NCBI RefSeq assembly: GCF_009914755.1
Contig: NC_060928.1
Length of the DNA stretch: 64,000 nt
From: the human T2T-CHM13v2.0 reference genome, Homo sapiens
Direction: 5' to 3' (one strand)
Notes under the pieces: generated by a model
Told to the model about the DNA's origin: nothing
The model's database searches: none
The model's input: the letters and a program-made list of their open reading frames with translations, nothing else
In this document: one piece after another, positions 1 to 13,606 of the stretch
How positions within the stretch are numbered: position 1 is the stretch's first letter
Layout: each line of letters opens with the position of its first letter
Program-made: the position numbers and the translations under genes

Positions 1-689
1 ATTGCCTATGTATGGGCAAGAAATGTGGGTATTTGCTCTGTTTTGTTTTAAATAGAAACTTCTAATTGCATTTTCTTTCTCTGGGAATCACACCTCCAAA
101 GTGGTACACTGTAGGAAATAGGACAATCCTAGGGGCCATGGGCCTTCGTGAGAGGTATAAGTCTTGCTCCATCCCATTTCAGATGTGCAAGATGTTTACT
201 CTGACACGGCCTATGTATCTTTAAGAAGCTCAAATAATACTAATTCAATGCCATTCCTAAGTTATCAAGAGGATCCAACAAGTCAGTGAGCATACAACTG
301 TAAAGACAAAGTAATCTAAAATGGAGATTATTTTATTCTTTTTGTTATAGTGTTTCAATGAGGAATTATATTTCAGTAAAGAACAAGGAAAGTAATAGAA
401 AAAAGAAAGAAAGTATAATGCTATAAATAAGGACCACATATTTCTCCATGCCCTGTTTACCCTAATATGTAAATATAGAGGGCTACAAAGAACAAATAAC
501 AATTCAAAGAAATAAAGGGGCCATTTAATATTGAATCACAAAGGCCTCTGACAAACCCCAAATCCACCCTCCTGAAGCAAATCACCACTTTCCAAGACAT
601 GGGATAACCTATTGAGTTTCTCTAGCTCTTCAAAGTTCTTTCTTCTTTTGCCTTGTTGTGACCACTTCTCCAAAAGAGGGACTGAAAGC

Positions 690-870
690 TTACTATCAAG
701 TAACTTTGAATGTCCACATTTTATTCTCCCTCTTCCTTGTGACTTGCTCGACTAAAGGGAGATTTTGTTTCCTCCATTCCAATTCTGCATCAAAATAAAA
801 CTGCTGTGTTTCATCACTTCCATGTTTGAAGCATTTGCCTTGATCATTTGGGTAAGCGTAAATTTTTCAC
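690..870 (-). pseudogene. GREB1-like last coding exon remnant
   Basis: Acceptor ttgcag|GT, phase 1 matching the previous donor; GEKFTLT..EVMK..LMQNW loosely ~ GATLCVI..TVVRLELEDEW. Confidence 0.4.
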
Positions 871-1499
871 CTGCAATTTGATCATTCTTATTTCCTTAGC
901 AGTAATTTTACAGTTTTGGAAGTCCTATCAGAAAACTAAAATTGTTCTGAAAAAAATTGCCTTAACTTTATCTTCCAAATTTTAAAAACAATAGGGGCAC
1001 ATCGTGGAATATGTTAAAAAGTGTAATTTTTAAAAAGCAGAAAAATAATTTTGGGGTTTTTTTGTCGCTGGTTTATTCTTGTTCTTTAAAATAGTCAAAT
1101 TTGTATTGCATATACATTTGTTATCCTACTTTTTACTTACTATCATGTCATTCACATTTTCATGTCAAAAATTATTTGTAACAAAGTTTAATGCTAGTTA
1201 TAGTTGATTATTCAGATATAATGCCTAATTTTACAATAGTGAAATTTCAATTGCTTTGTATTGGTTTATAATAAATGCTAGCTAGTTTGCTATGGAAGCT
1301 TGGATCTACTCATAATTTGTTTTTTTAAGCATCAGAAATAGTTTTGAATTCAAGCAAATGTCTTTGTAGCACTAATTGAGATATTCAACAATTTTTCTCT
1401 GTTACCTGTTAAAACATGAGTTGTTACCTTCGTTTTCCTCCTTTTCTTTTTTATTTTAAAGTGCTGCAGTTGGGAAATGTGGTCAGAAACATGTCTTAC

Positions 1500-1620
1500 C
1501 TTTTAGAATGATCTGAGATTGTCTTTGGGAGTATCTTGTTTATAAATATGCACTTTCAGTGGTATTTTGAAGCTTTGACAATGGAGAAAGAAGCTTGAGG
1601 TTATTTTTCTTAAACTTATA
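1500..1620 (-). pseudogene. GREB1-like penultimate exon remnant
   Basis: SFFLHCQSF ~ GLLLYLCDSF; ends ILK G|gtaaga ~ FLK G| (phase 1). Confidence 0.55.
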
Positions 1621-1668
1621 AGGTCACTTGCAAGTCTCTCTGTTTTCACTTTCATTGTTTATCTACAG

Positions 1669-1725
1669 AATAAAAGGTATAACTATGACCAAGAAGTGAA
1701 TCGGTTCAATGTGGAAAGCCAGATG
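1669..1725 (+). pseudogene. Plus-strand exon candidate NKRYNYDQEVNRFNVESQM
   Basis: Strong acceptor ttcattgtttatctacag|; 57 nt, open; followed by gcatgc (GC donor or decayed GT). Confidence 0.45.
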
Positions 1726-1779
1726 GCATGCCACTGTTTTCTCCTTCGTTTCCTAAGGAACACTTTTAAGAAACCGTGG

Positions 1780-1892
1780 ACAGTGACCAACCATCCCCAT
1801 TTGTACCGGACTGAAGAGTTCCCTAGGATATAGGACTTTAGGTGCTAACACTAGGAGGGTTCCAGGCAAACTAGGATGTTTGGTCACCCCTG
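1780..1892. mobile_element. MER94/MER81-like hAT-Blackjack MITE
   Basis: Terminal inverted repeats gtgaccaaccatcc ... ggatgtttggtcac. Confidence 0.6.
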
Positions 1893-1934
1893 AACAATTT
1901 TCCAGAGTGAAGTTTATTCAACATCAAACTCTCA

Positions 1935-2131
1935 GTACTTAAATCCAACTAAGTGAACCAGTTCCTGCTGAAGAGATTCACATTTACAATCCCCTTTCTG
2001 TGACAGGGAGTCTTCACAACTGAATCAATTGAATAATCAGAATAATGATGGACATTGAACTTACTCATCTTAGTGATGATGTTCTAAAAACATGTGTGAA
2101 GGGTGCATGTACCAGTTATAATATGCCATAA
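1935..2131 (-). pseudogene. GREB1-like exon remnant
   Basis: MHPSHMFLEHH ~ AAPAQLLLEKF; PV..DC..VNL ~ PVLSVDCYLNL. Confidence 0.55.
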
Positions 2132-2840
<709 letters not shown>

Positions 2841-2844
2841 AATG

Positions 2845-3110
2845 AAGCGATATGGTAAACACCACCGACGCTGGAGTCAGAATGGCTCGATTGAGAACTC
2901 AACTCTGCCTCGAATAATTATGTGACCCTTAGCAGGTTACCTCACTGAAATTTTCTAGGCCCCAGGTTCCACATAGATAAAATGAGGGTAACAATAGCCC
3001 CTACCTCTAAAGGTTGTTTTGAAGAGGAAACAAAGTAACACACAGGAACCATTTAGGGCGGTGTCAGGTGTGTGGTAAGTGCTCAGTAGGTGTTGTCCTG
3101 TATTGCTACT
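2845..3110 (+). mobile_element. MIR
   Basis: tgtgaccctt..ttacctcactg..aaaatgagggtaacaatag..cctacctc core. Confidence 0.7.
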
Positions 3111-3194
3111 ATTTCCCTCATTAATGAATATGTTTCCAAATATTGAATTAAACAGAAGCATCAAGCCTGGGGTTATCTGAATATGAATATGTAA

Positions 3195-3557
<363 letters not shown>

Positions 3558-3704
3558 TAAAATGTTTTGAATGCCAGATCATTTCAAAGTACTTTTCATT
3601 TTTGCAAAATTGTTCCCTTTGTAATTGTTACTCTGGTTTCAAGCAGACTTGCTAATCCAACACTTGTGAGCTTAGTAGTAAGTGACTATTTAAGCACATC
3701 TTAC

Positions 3705-3918
3705 AGGTTTCCCAAGATGGTCTGGTCTTGGGTTTTACTGAGCACATTTGCATTGTGAGCAACATTTGTATTGGGAATTGTTCCTTTAATTTCTAAGGCA
3801 TTTACACAACCAGTTTCCCTGACCAGGATCATTTTCTGGGCCATAAAACACACTAAATTTGGTTTAGTAGGAGGCATCAGTGGAAGCCTTTGTCATGAAC
3901 TCCACCAGCAGGGTATTC
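3705..3918 (-). pseudogene. GREB1-like exon remnant, TAGT C-terminal motif
   Basis: VEFMTKASTD/LLL/TKFSVF/MAQKMILVRE ~ [31 protein letters not shown] with three 1-nt indels; donor cct|gtaaga. Confidence 0.75.
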
Positions 3919-4230
3919 CTACAACATGTCACCTAAATGTTTCTGAAATTTTACAGAGTTGAGCAGATGGTTGAGCTCTCTGATATTGTCTATAATGGCC
4001 CCACAAAGCTTTGCTTTCATTTGTAAAATTTTAATTTTTAAACAATAAATCATGGACAGGGGGATTAAGAAGTACTTTTTAAAATTATTCAAGGGTATCA
4101 TCCTATGTGCCTATAAGGAGTTAGATACAGGTTCCTGTTTACAATCTTAAAATCTTTTGGCTTGAAGATGTTTGGGAAGAAAGAAGGGAAGCATGCAAAT
4201 TTGTAATTTTGGAATTTTGAGTTTTGTCAC

Positions 4231-4658
4231 TGTATTAGTTCATTCTTGCATTGCTATAAAGAAATACCTGACACTGGATAATTTATAAAGAAAAGAGGTT
4301 TAATTGGCTCATAGTCCTGCAGGCTTTACAGGAAGGATGGCAACGCCATCTGCCTGGATTCTGGTAAAACCTCAGGGAGTGTTCAGTCATGGTGGAAGGT
4401 GAAGGGGGAGCAGGCACATCACATGTTGAAAATAGGAGCAAGCTAGAGAGAGTGGTGGCGAGGTGCCACACACTTTTAAACAACCAGATCTCATGTGAAC
4501 TCAGAGCAAGAGCTGGCTTGTCACCAAGGGGATGGCCCAAGCCATTCATGAGGAATTCACCCCCATGATCCAAACACCTCCCACCAGGCCCCACCTCCAA
4601 CACTGGAGATTACAATTTAACATGAGATTTGATGGGGACGTGTATTCAAACTATATCA
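4231..4658 (-). mobile_element. MST-family MaLR solo LTR
   Basis: tgtattagttcattcttgcattgctataaag ... caaactatatca; near-TSD gtcac/gttac. Confidence 0.85.
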
Positions 4659-4858
4659 GTTACTCACTGAAGGAAGAAATAATAAGAACGAGCCCACCAA
4701 CCAAAAGCTAGGCAACTACCATACCTCAGTGCTCCCACATCAATTGCATGGCTCACTTTGATATGAGGGCAAATCATAACCGCTCCCTCTCTAAGAGCTA
4801 CTTTGTGGTCCACAGGAGAGGAACGGCCTCGTGACACTCAAATGGCCCTGGTACTCAC

Positions 4859-5215
4859 AAGTTAACAAACTTCAAAATGCTATTTGAAAGGGAAACTAAT
4901 AACATTAAAAAGAGGTCACAGTACTGTTTGAAAATCTACAAAGGAGTCATGATCTTTGTTCAAGGAAGTAAAATATTAAGGAAATTTGTGTTAGTTGAGT
5001 TCTTGACTGAACATGTGCTATGAATTTCTGATTGTGGAAGCTGCTTCCTATTCGAAAATAAAATAAAACTCTCTTGGTATGCAAATGATAAGAATATGTT
5101 TTGGTATCAAACAATATCTAAAAGCAAACTCTCTGCAAAGTATCCCAGAATGGTTTACTTAAGAACATCCTGGCTGAACTTCAAAGTAGAGCCTACTGGA
5201 AAATATTTACCCAGA
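4859..5215 (-). pseudogene. GREB1-like exon remnant, TAGT core
   Basis: DIV*..AYQESFILF ~ DIW..ISDDSCVMW; QKFIAHVQSRTQLTQISLI ~ KHIMQHIEAAPDIMHYALL; FSNSTVTSF/LMLLVSL ~ FSRCHVHNFIILNVDL; donor tt|gtgagt. Confidence 0.75.
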
Positions 5216-5416
5216 CTATTTGAAAAGAGATTTGAAAAGAGAGTTTCATTGATTTCCATTGTCCAGCTTTATTTCATGGATTTCTATCATTTGACTGTAT
5301 TTTTTATTATCAGTATCATTGCCACAAGAAAGTATTACAGTCAAGAGATGATAAATAATAATGATGATAGTAATTGTAAATCCAAAAACTTTTACCTGTT
5401 AATAACTCTGTAACTA

Positions 5417-5785
<369 letters not shown>

Positions 5786-7039
5786 TCAAGCAGGACAGCA
5801 TAACTGACCCAGTAAAAATTATTCTCTGGCTCAGCACAGAGAGTGAAAGTAGCTGGAAATTCATAATACAACCTTCTGCAACTAGATCAAGGCGCTTCCC
5901 AGGTTCTTTCGCTTGATTTTACCACATGATTGTGGCCACCATCTTCCCTGATTTGTATCCTCGATTTCCTCTGTTGTTCCCTCAAGTAGCTCTCTGCACA
6001 TATGATTGTATTCCCATGACAGCTGTTGCTTCTCTTGGTGGGCCTGTTAGTCCAACTGAAACCAGGAACTCTGGCCTGCAGAGATACATTCTGTGCTGAG
6101 GACATAGTGGTTCTGTAATTCATCTGAGTTCCCGTGGTTGAGCTCAGTTACTAGGCAACACCACCATGAGACCACAGATCCTGGTTGCACATGTACATGC
6201 CTTCTCTGGCTCACCTTCTCCATTAGCCTCCTTTCCCTGGGATTCAGAGAAAAGTCTTTGGAGACTGGGCCAGAAGACAAATAGAGTGATTAACAAAGCT
6301 TATCTAAAATTACTAATGATCCTTCATAGCCATGCTGCCATCCCACATCCCAATCTCTGTCAGAGGAAAATCCTAATTCCAAATAATTTATTTAAAATTG
6401 GCACAGTTCTGTCATGGCAAAATAATGCACAGGAGATGGCAACCTTAAAGCCTGGTGTACCTAGCTCTTTTGTCAAGATGCAAGCCTGAGGCCGAGCCTG
6501 AAAGTCCACTGTCAACTCTCCTCTACCTGAAGCTCTGAGAGGAGTAGGAAACTCATTCTACTAAAGCCTGCAGTGCTTATGGTGCCAATCTCTGAAAATA
6601 AAAGAATTGGAACCATGCTAGAAAATAAAAATGGATTACCTTTGAAGGCTCACATGATAAAAGTAATTTGGAATAGACTTTGTATTTCCCTTAGCCTCAC
6701 CTTTTACCCATTGCATTAATTTTCCTTACATATCTGTGAATCAAGGCACTACAAATTCATTACTTACTGATAAGACGTGTCCAATTTCTTAAAGAATAAC
6801 AATGTATCTTCAAATACTCAGATTTAAAATACTGTAGTCCTAGTTTTTTCATACTTTTTGCATTTCTCTTGACACATTTTGGGTGACATAAAATGTCCCA
6901 GGTAGCCACTAGTAATTATAAAACAGGTACACACAGAATTGGAAAGCACATATTTTATGCTTGATTATTATTTTTCTATCTTTGTCCACCAGTGTAATCT
7001 ATTCTCTCAGTTTAGTAAATTGGGTATCATAATAGCTAT

Positions 7040-7420
7040 GGCAGGGCTAGTGCTATGCAGCCTCCTTTGGGAGTAGGGAGTTTGGGAAGCCAAATAGAGG
7101 TGAAATATGAACCAACAGGGTAATACATCTGAAAGTATGAAGATAGTGACATAACTTTTATTCTGGTTGACATGGGTATTACAATTATCAGATCATCAGT
7201 GATATCAAATGTGCAGTGAGTCAAATTTGATATGAATAAACTTTCTAATGATATGATGCTTCAAACTTTCATTTGCACTGTAGTTCACCATAACCTTCAC
7301 TGGCTTCAGGTTGATTAGGTTATCGATAGCTAAAGTCATTTCTTCAGAGAATGCTGCTGGAATCTCAAACACACCCCAATATTTAAATTATTGTATAGAT
7401 AGTTTAAGACTACTTAAAAG
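7040..7420 (-). pseudogene. GREB1-like exon remnant, start of the TAGT glycosyltransferase region
   Basis: VFEIPAAFSEE ~ HFIIPKSKEHH; NLTHCTFD..LIIVIP..YFQMYYP..IWLPKL..KGG ~ NLYHAMDG..LHVLVV..YKKYWP..LVLPSI..AGVG. Confidence 0.7.
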
Positions 7421-8166
7421 ACCCCAAATAACAGCTAGGTAAATTTCAACTTATCAGCTGCCAGAAGTATAGACACATCAGTGAGGGGATTCTCCTACGA
7501 TTCTGGTACATTTATGAGATTAAAACCAGCCATACATTGCCAAGTGCAATGTCCATCCCAGATGATAGCCAATCAATATTTATCAAGCTTCTCTAGAATG
7601 AGACAGAGAAGGCTGAGAGCTAAGAGATCTGTCCACCTTCTGCCACTAATGAGCTATGTGGTTTTGGGAATGTCACTTAGTGTTTCCTGGCCTCGGTTTC
7701 TTCTGCTGCAAACTGGGCAAGATAATCTGTGGTCCCATCCAAAGAATTTCCCTGCTCAGTTAACAAGGTCATGGTCATTTACAGAGAAGTTTCATTTTGG
7801 AGTCCATGGGAGGCCAGAACATAAAACTTCATAATTTCAAGCACTTTTCTATTTTAAGCATCATTATGTTTGAGGGAAAATAGTCCCAAATGTGTTAAAC
7901 TAATTCTTCTTAGCAACTTTCTAACAGTCCCCAAATTTATTCAAATTAAGTAGCAAATTGAGACATCCTAGAGCAGATATACATTCAGTTTTAAATTGCT
8001 GCCTTTATATTTTACATATCATTGAATTTTCAAATAATACAATTAGCAAAAGTGCAAAAATATAAGTGAATTGAATTTAAACTGTGAAGCTAGAGGGATG
8101 GAAGTTTTTAATCACTAGATGTTCCATAGCATAACTGAATCAAGTTGTTTATGATAATTTTATTAC

Positions 8167-8437
8167 CTCAAACCTCTTTTTTATAGAGTTATTACATTTT
8201 CTCATGATGTATGATATCACACTTTCAAAGCCCTTTCAGTAATTGGAGCTCCATGAAACTGGCTTCTAAGGCTCATTAATGTGAAAAATTATCTTAAAAG
8301 TTAAGTAAATGTAGTTTCACTTTGTTTTAGAACTACCAACTATGAAAGATATTTTCTATATCTTTGACAGTATTTCTAATTAAAGGTCCCTCTTTTTTGT
8401 CAACATTGTATCTTCATGAAGTTCATTTACATTAAAC
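8167..8437 (-). pseudogene. GREB1-like exon remnant
   Basis: Ends SY/HHEK/CNNSIKKRFE|gtaata ~ TYHHCEQCHQYMGFHPRYQ|, phase 0. Confidence 0.55.
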
Positions 8438-8524
8438 CTATTTGTAACAGGATAGATTTAATTTTTCAAACTAAAAATGTGAAAGTGTTCATTTAATCCA
8501 AATTGTAAAATTTGTTTCAGAAAC

Positions 8525-8712
8525 CTGACAGCAGGGATATTATCCTTGACTGCTGTTTAGAATCACCTAGGAAATTTGGAGAGAAAATAATTTATATATG
8601 GCTGGGCCTGCCCCAGAATATTTAAATCAAAAACCCTAGACGTGGGAGTAGGTATTCGTATATTTTAAATGCTCCCCCAGGGATGTGCAGTCAGGACTAA
8701 ACTGCCGGCCTA
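8525..8712. mobile_element. MER5-like hAT-Charlie element
   Basis: ttagaatcacctagg ... ttttaaatgctcccccagg motifs. Confidence 0.55.
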
Positions 8713-9104
8713 GAGTAACTTCTTATCTCCTTGGTGCAACAGTCTCTGTTGCATTTTACCATTCCCATCCCGATGCCTGCTCCACCAATGCCCTCTACTT
8801 CTGTTTCTAACAGTTTTTCAAAATGCTTCTGAAATAGCTAGCTTTATTTTCTCTTCCTTTGTAACAGTTCTGTAGAGTTGGCAGCACATGTATTATCCCA
8901 TTTGAAAGCCTTGATTTGACCAAGGGAGCACAAACAATAAGTGATAGGGCAAGAATAAGGATTCAGGCATTCTTATATCAAGTCTAGTGTACTTCCTGCT
9001 GTACCACACCGCCTTCCATGCTTGAAACCCAATGTTTGACTTTAATCACTCCTTGTCTGCACACAAAACTATAGTTTGATATTATCCAAAGAAAATGCAA
9101 AGAG

Positions 9105-9420
9105 GGGCCGGGTGCGCTGGCTCATGCCTGTTATCCCAGCACTTTGGGAGGCCGAGGTGAGCGCATCACCTGAGGTCAGGAGTTTGAGACCAGCCTGACC
9201 AACATGGTGAAACCCCATCTCTACTAAAAATATAAAATTAGCCAGGCGTGGAGGTGCATGCCTATTATCCCAGCTACTCAGGGGGCTGAGGCAGGAGAAT
9301 TGCTTGAACCCAGGAGGCGGAGGCTGTGGTAAGCTGAGATGGCCCCATTGCACTCCAGCCTGGGCAACAAGAGCAAAACTCCATCTCAAAAAAACGAAAC
9401 AAAACAAAACAAAACACAAA
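9105..9420 (+). mobile_element. Alu (Sq/Sp-like)
   Basis: Sense Alu dimer, (CAAAA)n tail. Confidence 0.95.
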
Positions 9421-9844
9421 GGGGAAAGAAAGGCGACTCATGTTGCGTGTAGTTGAGGCCCACTGACTACCTGTATTCAGCCCATGATAATTCCTTCAAG
9501 GGCTTTGGCAAGACCTTCAATGTTTAATTATAGACATTTTATCCTACTAAAGATGAGTCATTTTAATAAACAATCAATTCACTAGCTTTTAGCCAACTAT
9601 CATTTAGTTGAAGAATAGCAGCTAAAATTATGCTCTACTCTGTTTTTCTCTGTTACTTTGCCCCCTTATTTCCAAACTCCTCTTCCCTAATTAAAACAAT
9701 TTCCAACTCTGACAGCTCTGGCCCCCACATCTAGAAAGAAAAACAAGAACCTTTACATTCCTGGCAACATATTTTAAATGTATGTAATTAAAGCAGTAAA
9801 ATTAAAGAAAAAAACATATAAGAAGTGTTTTCAGAGCAAAGTAC

Positions 9845-10007
9845 CTTGACTTCAAGATCTGCTAACACAGAATTACATTAATTGTTCAGTGATTTTGATT
9901 TTCATAAATCAATCCAAAATCTCAACATGTTTTCCTCAACAACAGATTTATATTATTTTGCTTGAATAATCCAAATAATTGTTTAAACTGCCTATTTCTC
10001 TTTATTT
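9845..10007 (-). pseudogene. GREB1-like exon remnant (degenerate IGKT..PDLE region)
   Basis: Acceptor tatacag|, donor caag|gtactt; IGS..KQLFGLF and ADLEVK ~ IGKTGAYLQFL and PDLELFK; heavily frameshifted. Confidence 0.45.
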
Positions 10008-10560
10008 CTGTATAAAAGTCATCCATAACAATATCTCAATAGTGTAACTAACTCAAGAGATTTTTAGGGATTAAAAAACAAATCATATTTTAATTTGAAA
10101 AAAATTACATGATAAAGAAGTCTTACAGATTAATTCTCATTTATTGGCTAGTGGTAAGCTAAAAAATGAACATCCCCGGCCATCCAAACATAGCAGAAAG
10201 GGGGTGAAAAATTTCCTACAAGCACTACATAAATTAGTGTGGAGTACCAATGAAGAGTAGATATCACGTGCCTAGTTCCAGTGCTTCTTTATGTTGCCTT
10301 TGTTTCCTCATCATCTATGATACAGGGATAATAAAAGTTTTTGCCACACAGAGTTGCTGTGAAGATTAAATGAAGTCGTGTATAAAAGCCTTGTAACTGC
10401 CTGACACACTGAACAAGGGCTACCTACCTAAGTGTAGGTAGGACTCGTATTATCAGATTGTCGGCATTTGGCATTTTTAATATTTCTTTCCTAATTCTTG
10501 CTCTCTCCAAGGTTGCTTCACAGCCAGAACTTTTGTTTTCAAACTCTGAATTCATTATAG

Positions 10561-10718
10561 GTACATAAACTTACATTGAAGAGCGACTATACTGGTTCAT
10601 ATAGCCAATATTTAAGAGTCCCAAAAGTGGACGATGATTTAAATGAAAGAAACCTCATTTATTGGAATGACTGGATTCGTCGGACCGATGTGCAGAGCAT
10701 TGCTCCACTGAAGATAAG
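10561..10718 (+). pseudogene. Plus-strand exon candidate VHKLTLKSDYTGSYSQYLRVPKVDDDLNERNLIYWNDWIRRTDVQSIAPLKI
   Basis: Acceptor cattatag|, donor ag|gtgatt; 158 nt with no stop; retains several CpGs in an AT-rich context. Confidence 0.6.
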
Positions 10719-10764
10719 GTGATTCCTAAGATGTCCCCAATGATTTCAGAACTCCTTACCCTAA

Positions 10765-10905
10765 GCACACAGACATACACTCATACTCTATTCCATGCCA
10801 TACAACACACAACAGAAAACACACAGGCACACATACATACACACCTCATACACCAGGCAACACGCACACACATACATACACCACCACTACCACATACACA
10901 CACTG
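10765..10905. repeat. CA-rich low-complexity tract
   Basis: Degenerate cacacatacac repeats. Confidence 0.8.
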
Positions 10906-11004
10906 CCAAAAACTTTTGTAGCAATAAGAAGGGAAAAGGCTGAAACTGGAACACATAGGCTGTGGCAAAATTTTAACAACATCTCTACTGATTTAGATTT
11001 ATAC

Positions 11005-11167
11005 TTCTTCAGCCAATATTAAACACTCTTCAAGACACATTCTTTCATTTGATACTGACTTCAATCTGTGTCTTCCCTCTTCAGAATTCCAGAACTCTTT
11101 GACCCTATAATAAGGCCTTCTGACCTCCAGCCTCCTGGACAGAGACTTTTGACCATCCATAAAAAAA
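11005..11167 (-). pseudogene. GREB1-like exon remnant preceding the Walker-A-like motif
   Basis: Stop-free: QKSLSRRLEVRRP..NSEEGR..CLILAEE| ~ EQSLYYRQWTVPRP..NRAEGR..RLLLSGPPQ|. Confidence 0.7.
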
Positions 11168-11319
11168 CTTGTGAATGACTTGATGGTTATGAATGCTATC
11201 TTAAATGCTTTACAAACATTATTGAATTTAATCTTCACAATTAACCTTTTGAGGACTATTTAGTGAATGAAGTGAGTTTTGAACTCAGGCTGACTTAGAT
11301 TGTACAAGCCCACATTTCT

Positions 11320-11514
11320 ACTCCTGCCTCAGCCTCCCAAGTAGCTTTGACTACAGGCATGCGTATCACCATGGCCCAGCTAATTTTTGTATTTTTGCAG
11401 ACATGAGGTTTCGACATGTTGCCCAGGATGGTCTTGAACTCCTGGGCTCAAGCACCCTCCAGCCTCAGCCTCCCAAAGTGCTGGGGTTATGGGCATGAAC
11501 CACCATGCCTGGCT
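11320..11514 (-). mobile_element. Truncated AluJ
   Basis: Partial right arm plus left arm, antisense. Confidence 0.85.
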
Positions 11515-12340
11515 TAAAACAACAGATCTCTTAAACATGACTTGAGTTATTCCAAATTAACCCACTAAATAGTGGGAATAGAATTTCATGCTTTGGGACA
11601 GAAAACAACTTGATACTTTGTACCCAAACACATAACTCATTTAAATCCTATAATATCCGTTTCTTCCAAGCAGAATGAAATTCTATCAGTTGTAGCTCAT
11701 ATCTTCTTTTATTACATGAGATGAATAAAATAGATTTGTACATTTTTAGGGATTTAAAGTCTAGCAATAGAATTATAGTCTTTATACCTTTTGACAATGA
11801 CCCTGATACTGCATAAATGTCACCAGTGAATGAAAACTAATTATAGTTCTTCCAGGCTAAAAAGCAGCAGCTGAATACCACTAATTATGCAATGAAGCTA
11901 ACAATACAACTAAAAACACTGGCAATAAATGTATTCACAGGGAAGACAAATAAAGAATAAATGCAGCAAATCAACCATTGTAGAAAAAAATGGCAAATGC
12001 TGAAATATTTCCACATTACACAAAAATTTTAAATAATCATTTAAAGTATTCATTTTGTTATTATACAATGATTACTTCTATCTCAGCACAAAAGTAATTT
12101 TCATAGCTGACACATACCCCCAAATGCCCAAATGCCTCTTTAACACACATTGATAATTGCGAGTTTAGAATTAATGGAGATACGCCTAGGCTCAGATGGC
12201 AAACAGCTAGAGTTGACATCCAGTTATGCCAATAATCATAGACCAGTTTCTAAGATCACAGTTATCTAAATGATTGAGAAGGAAAAAAATGAGATTTTGT
12301 TTGGATTTGGGAGAAATAATTGCAATTCAACTTTGTTAAC

Positions 12341-12449
12341 CTGGCCAAGTTATTCTTCCACACAGACTTCTATTCTAGTCAAATTAGATGCTACATAAAA
12401 TCCTAAGGATTCAATTGGGACCATATGCCAATTTTATCCTTAATATGGT
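12341..12449 (-). pseudogene. GREB1-like exon remnant
   Basis: ESLGFYVASNLTRIEVCVEE*LGQ ~ [24 protein letters not shown](L/V)G; donor cag|gttaac. Confidence 0.6.
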
Positions 12450-13421
12450 CTGATTCAGGAGGGACTAAGTGGAGAAAAAGAAATATGGTTAATTTGAATA
12501 TAAACCTATCATAGCTGGGTATCTATTTGAAGAGTGCCATAGGGATCATTGCCGTTGTCAGGGAGCATTTGCCCCAGAGTGAGTGTGGGATGAGAAATGT
12601 GAATCTGCTCTTACCCCAACCTGGGCTCAGTTTTCCTGTGTCTCTTGAGCATCTCACTTGTTATGGACTGTTTAAGGGACTTTCAAGGGTAATTTGGTAA
12701 ATTTAACTTCGTGTGATTTTTGCCTTACATGCCCTTTTTAGAATCTAATTGTAAGGAGATTATTAAAACTGAAGGTGAGTTTCTCTATAATAATGTATAT
12801 TTTATGTAAAGAGGCTGAGGATTTTAATACAGTCTTAATAGTTTGAGCTTGGGGTAAGTACTAAGCTCTGTAGAAAGAAATTTGCATATGTTTGTAATAT
12901 TTTAGTGGAGGAATAGATAGAAATGCTGAAACTAATATCAGCATAAGAGACAGCAAACTAAGTGCTAGGCCTAACTCTGAAATTAATTATATGTGACCCT
13001 GAAAAGTCACTTATAGTTTATTTACCTTACAAAATAAGGAAGTGGGAAAGAAAGAAACAAAAGAAAAAGTGAGGTTGGAAGAACCCAGCACCTTTTTTAT
13101 GTCACTAGGAGTAAACAGGTTCTTCTTATTCCAAAACCTGAATAATAAAGAGCTACCTCCAAACACAGTGCGGGGTCATGGCAGACCCTTAATGGACAAG
13201 CATAAAACAGTCATGACTCCATAGACTGGGAAGATCAAAATCTCTTGGACTTTACGCAGAGGGAAGTGGGGCTTAGAAAGAGCATAAAATTATGAAAACA
13301 ATTAGCTACAAAAATGAGTGTGTGTTTTGAATAAGTAAAGCTATTAAAATAAGTTACAAAGTTTAAAAGTTCTTGAAGGACAAACTAAAGATCAACTTTG
13401 AAAATAAAATAAGACCATTAC

Positions 13422-13606
13422 TTTGCTTGCAAGGCAAAGGAGAGCCTAATAAAGCAAGAAACAAATTCCGAGGGACTCTCAGAGCTGAACAGCAAAAGAA
13501 ATATCTTCTATATTGGGGGGAATTCCTAGACAACAAGTTCTGATTGGTTAAGGACAGCATGGCAAAGTCCTTAGAACTGATCATTGTACCCTCCATTACA
13601 AGACAC
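13422..13606 (-). pseudogene. GREB1-like exon remnant (AML..QYR)
   Basis: SSKDFAMLS..PQYRRYF..LRVPRNLFLAL ~ GREB1L PSVQLAMLA..LQYRFEI..LSVATHFVARL; AG/GT boundaries present. Confidence 0.65.

Noticed and set aside
5887-6489. Three overlapping 77-107 aa ORFs in unique sequence
   Set aside because: No recognisable motif, no fit to the GREB1 order and no clear splice boundaries.
10512-10560. Apparent plus exon VASQPELLFSNSEFII with acceptor ctccaag| and donor |gtacat
   Set aside because: The same ag/gt works better as the acceptor of the longer, phase-compatible 10561-10718 exon; kept only as an alternative.
12742-12774. 33-nt plus-strand mini-exon with good splice sites (tttttag| ... aag|gtgagt)
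   Set aside because: In the phase required after 10718 it hits a stop at once, and I could not link it to either gene.
13570-13606. VSCNGGYNDQ resembling a plant O-fucosyltransferase motif
   Set aside because: Short match better explained by the collinear GREB1-like context.
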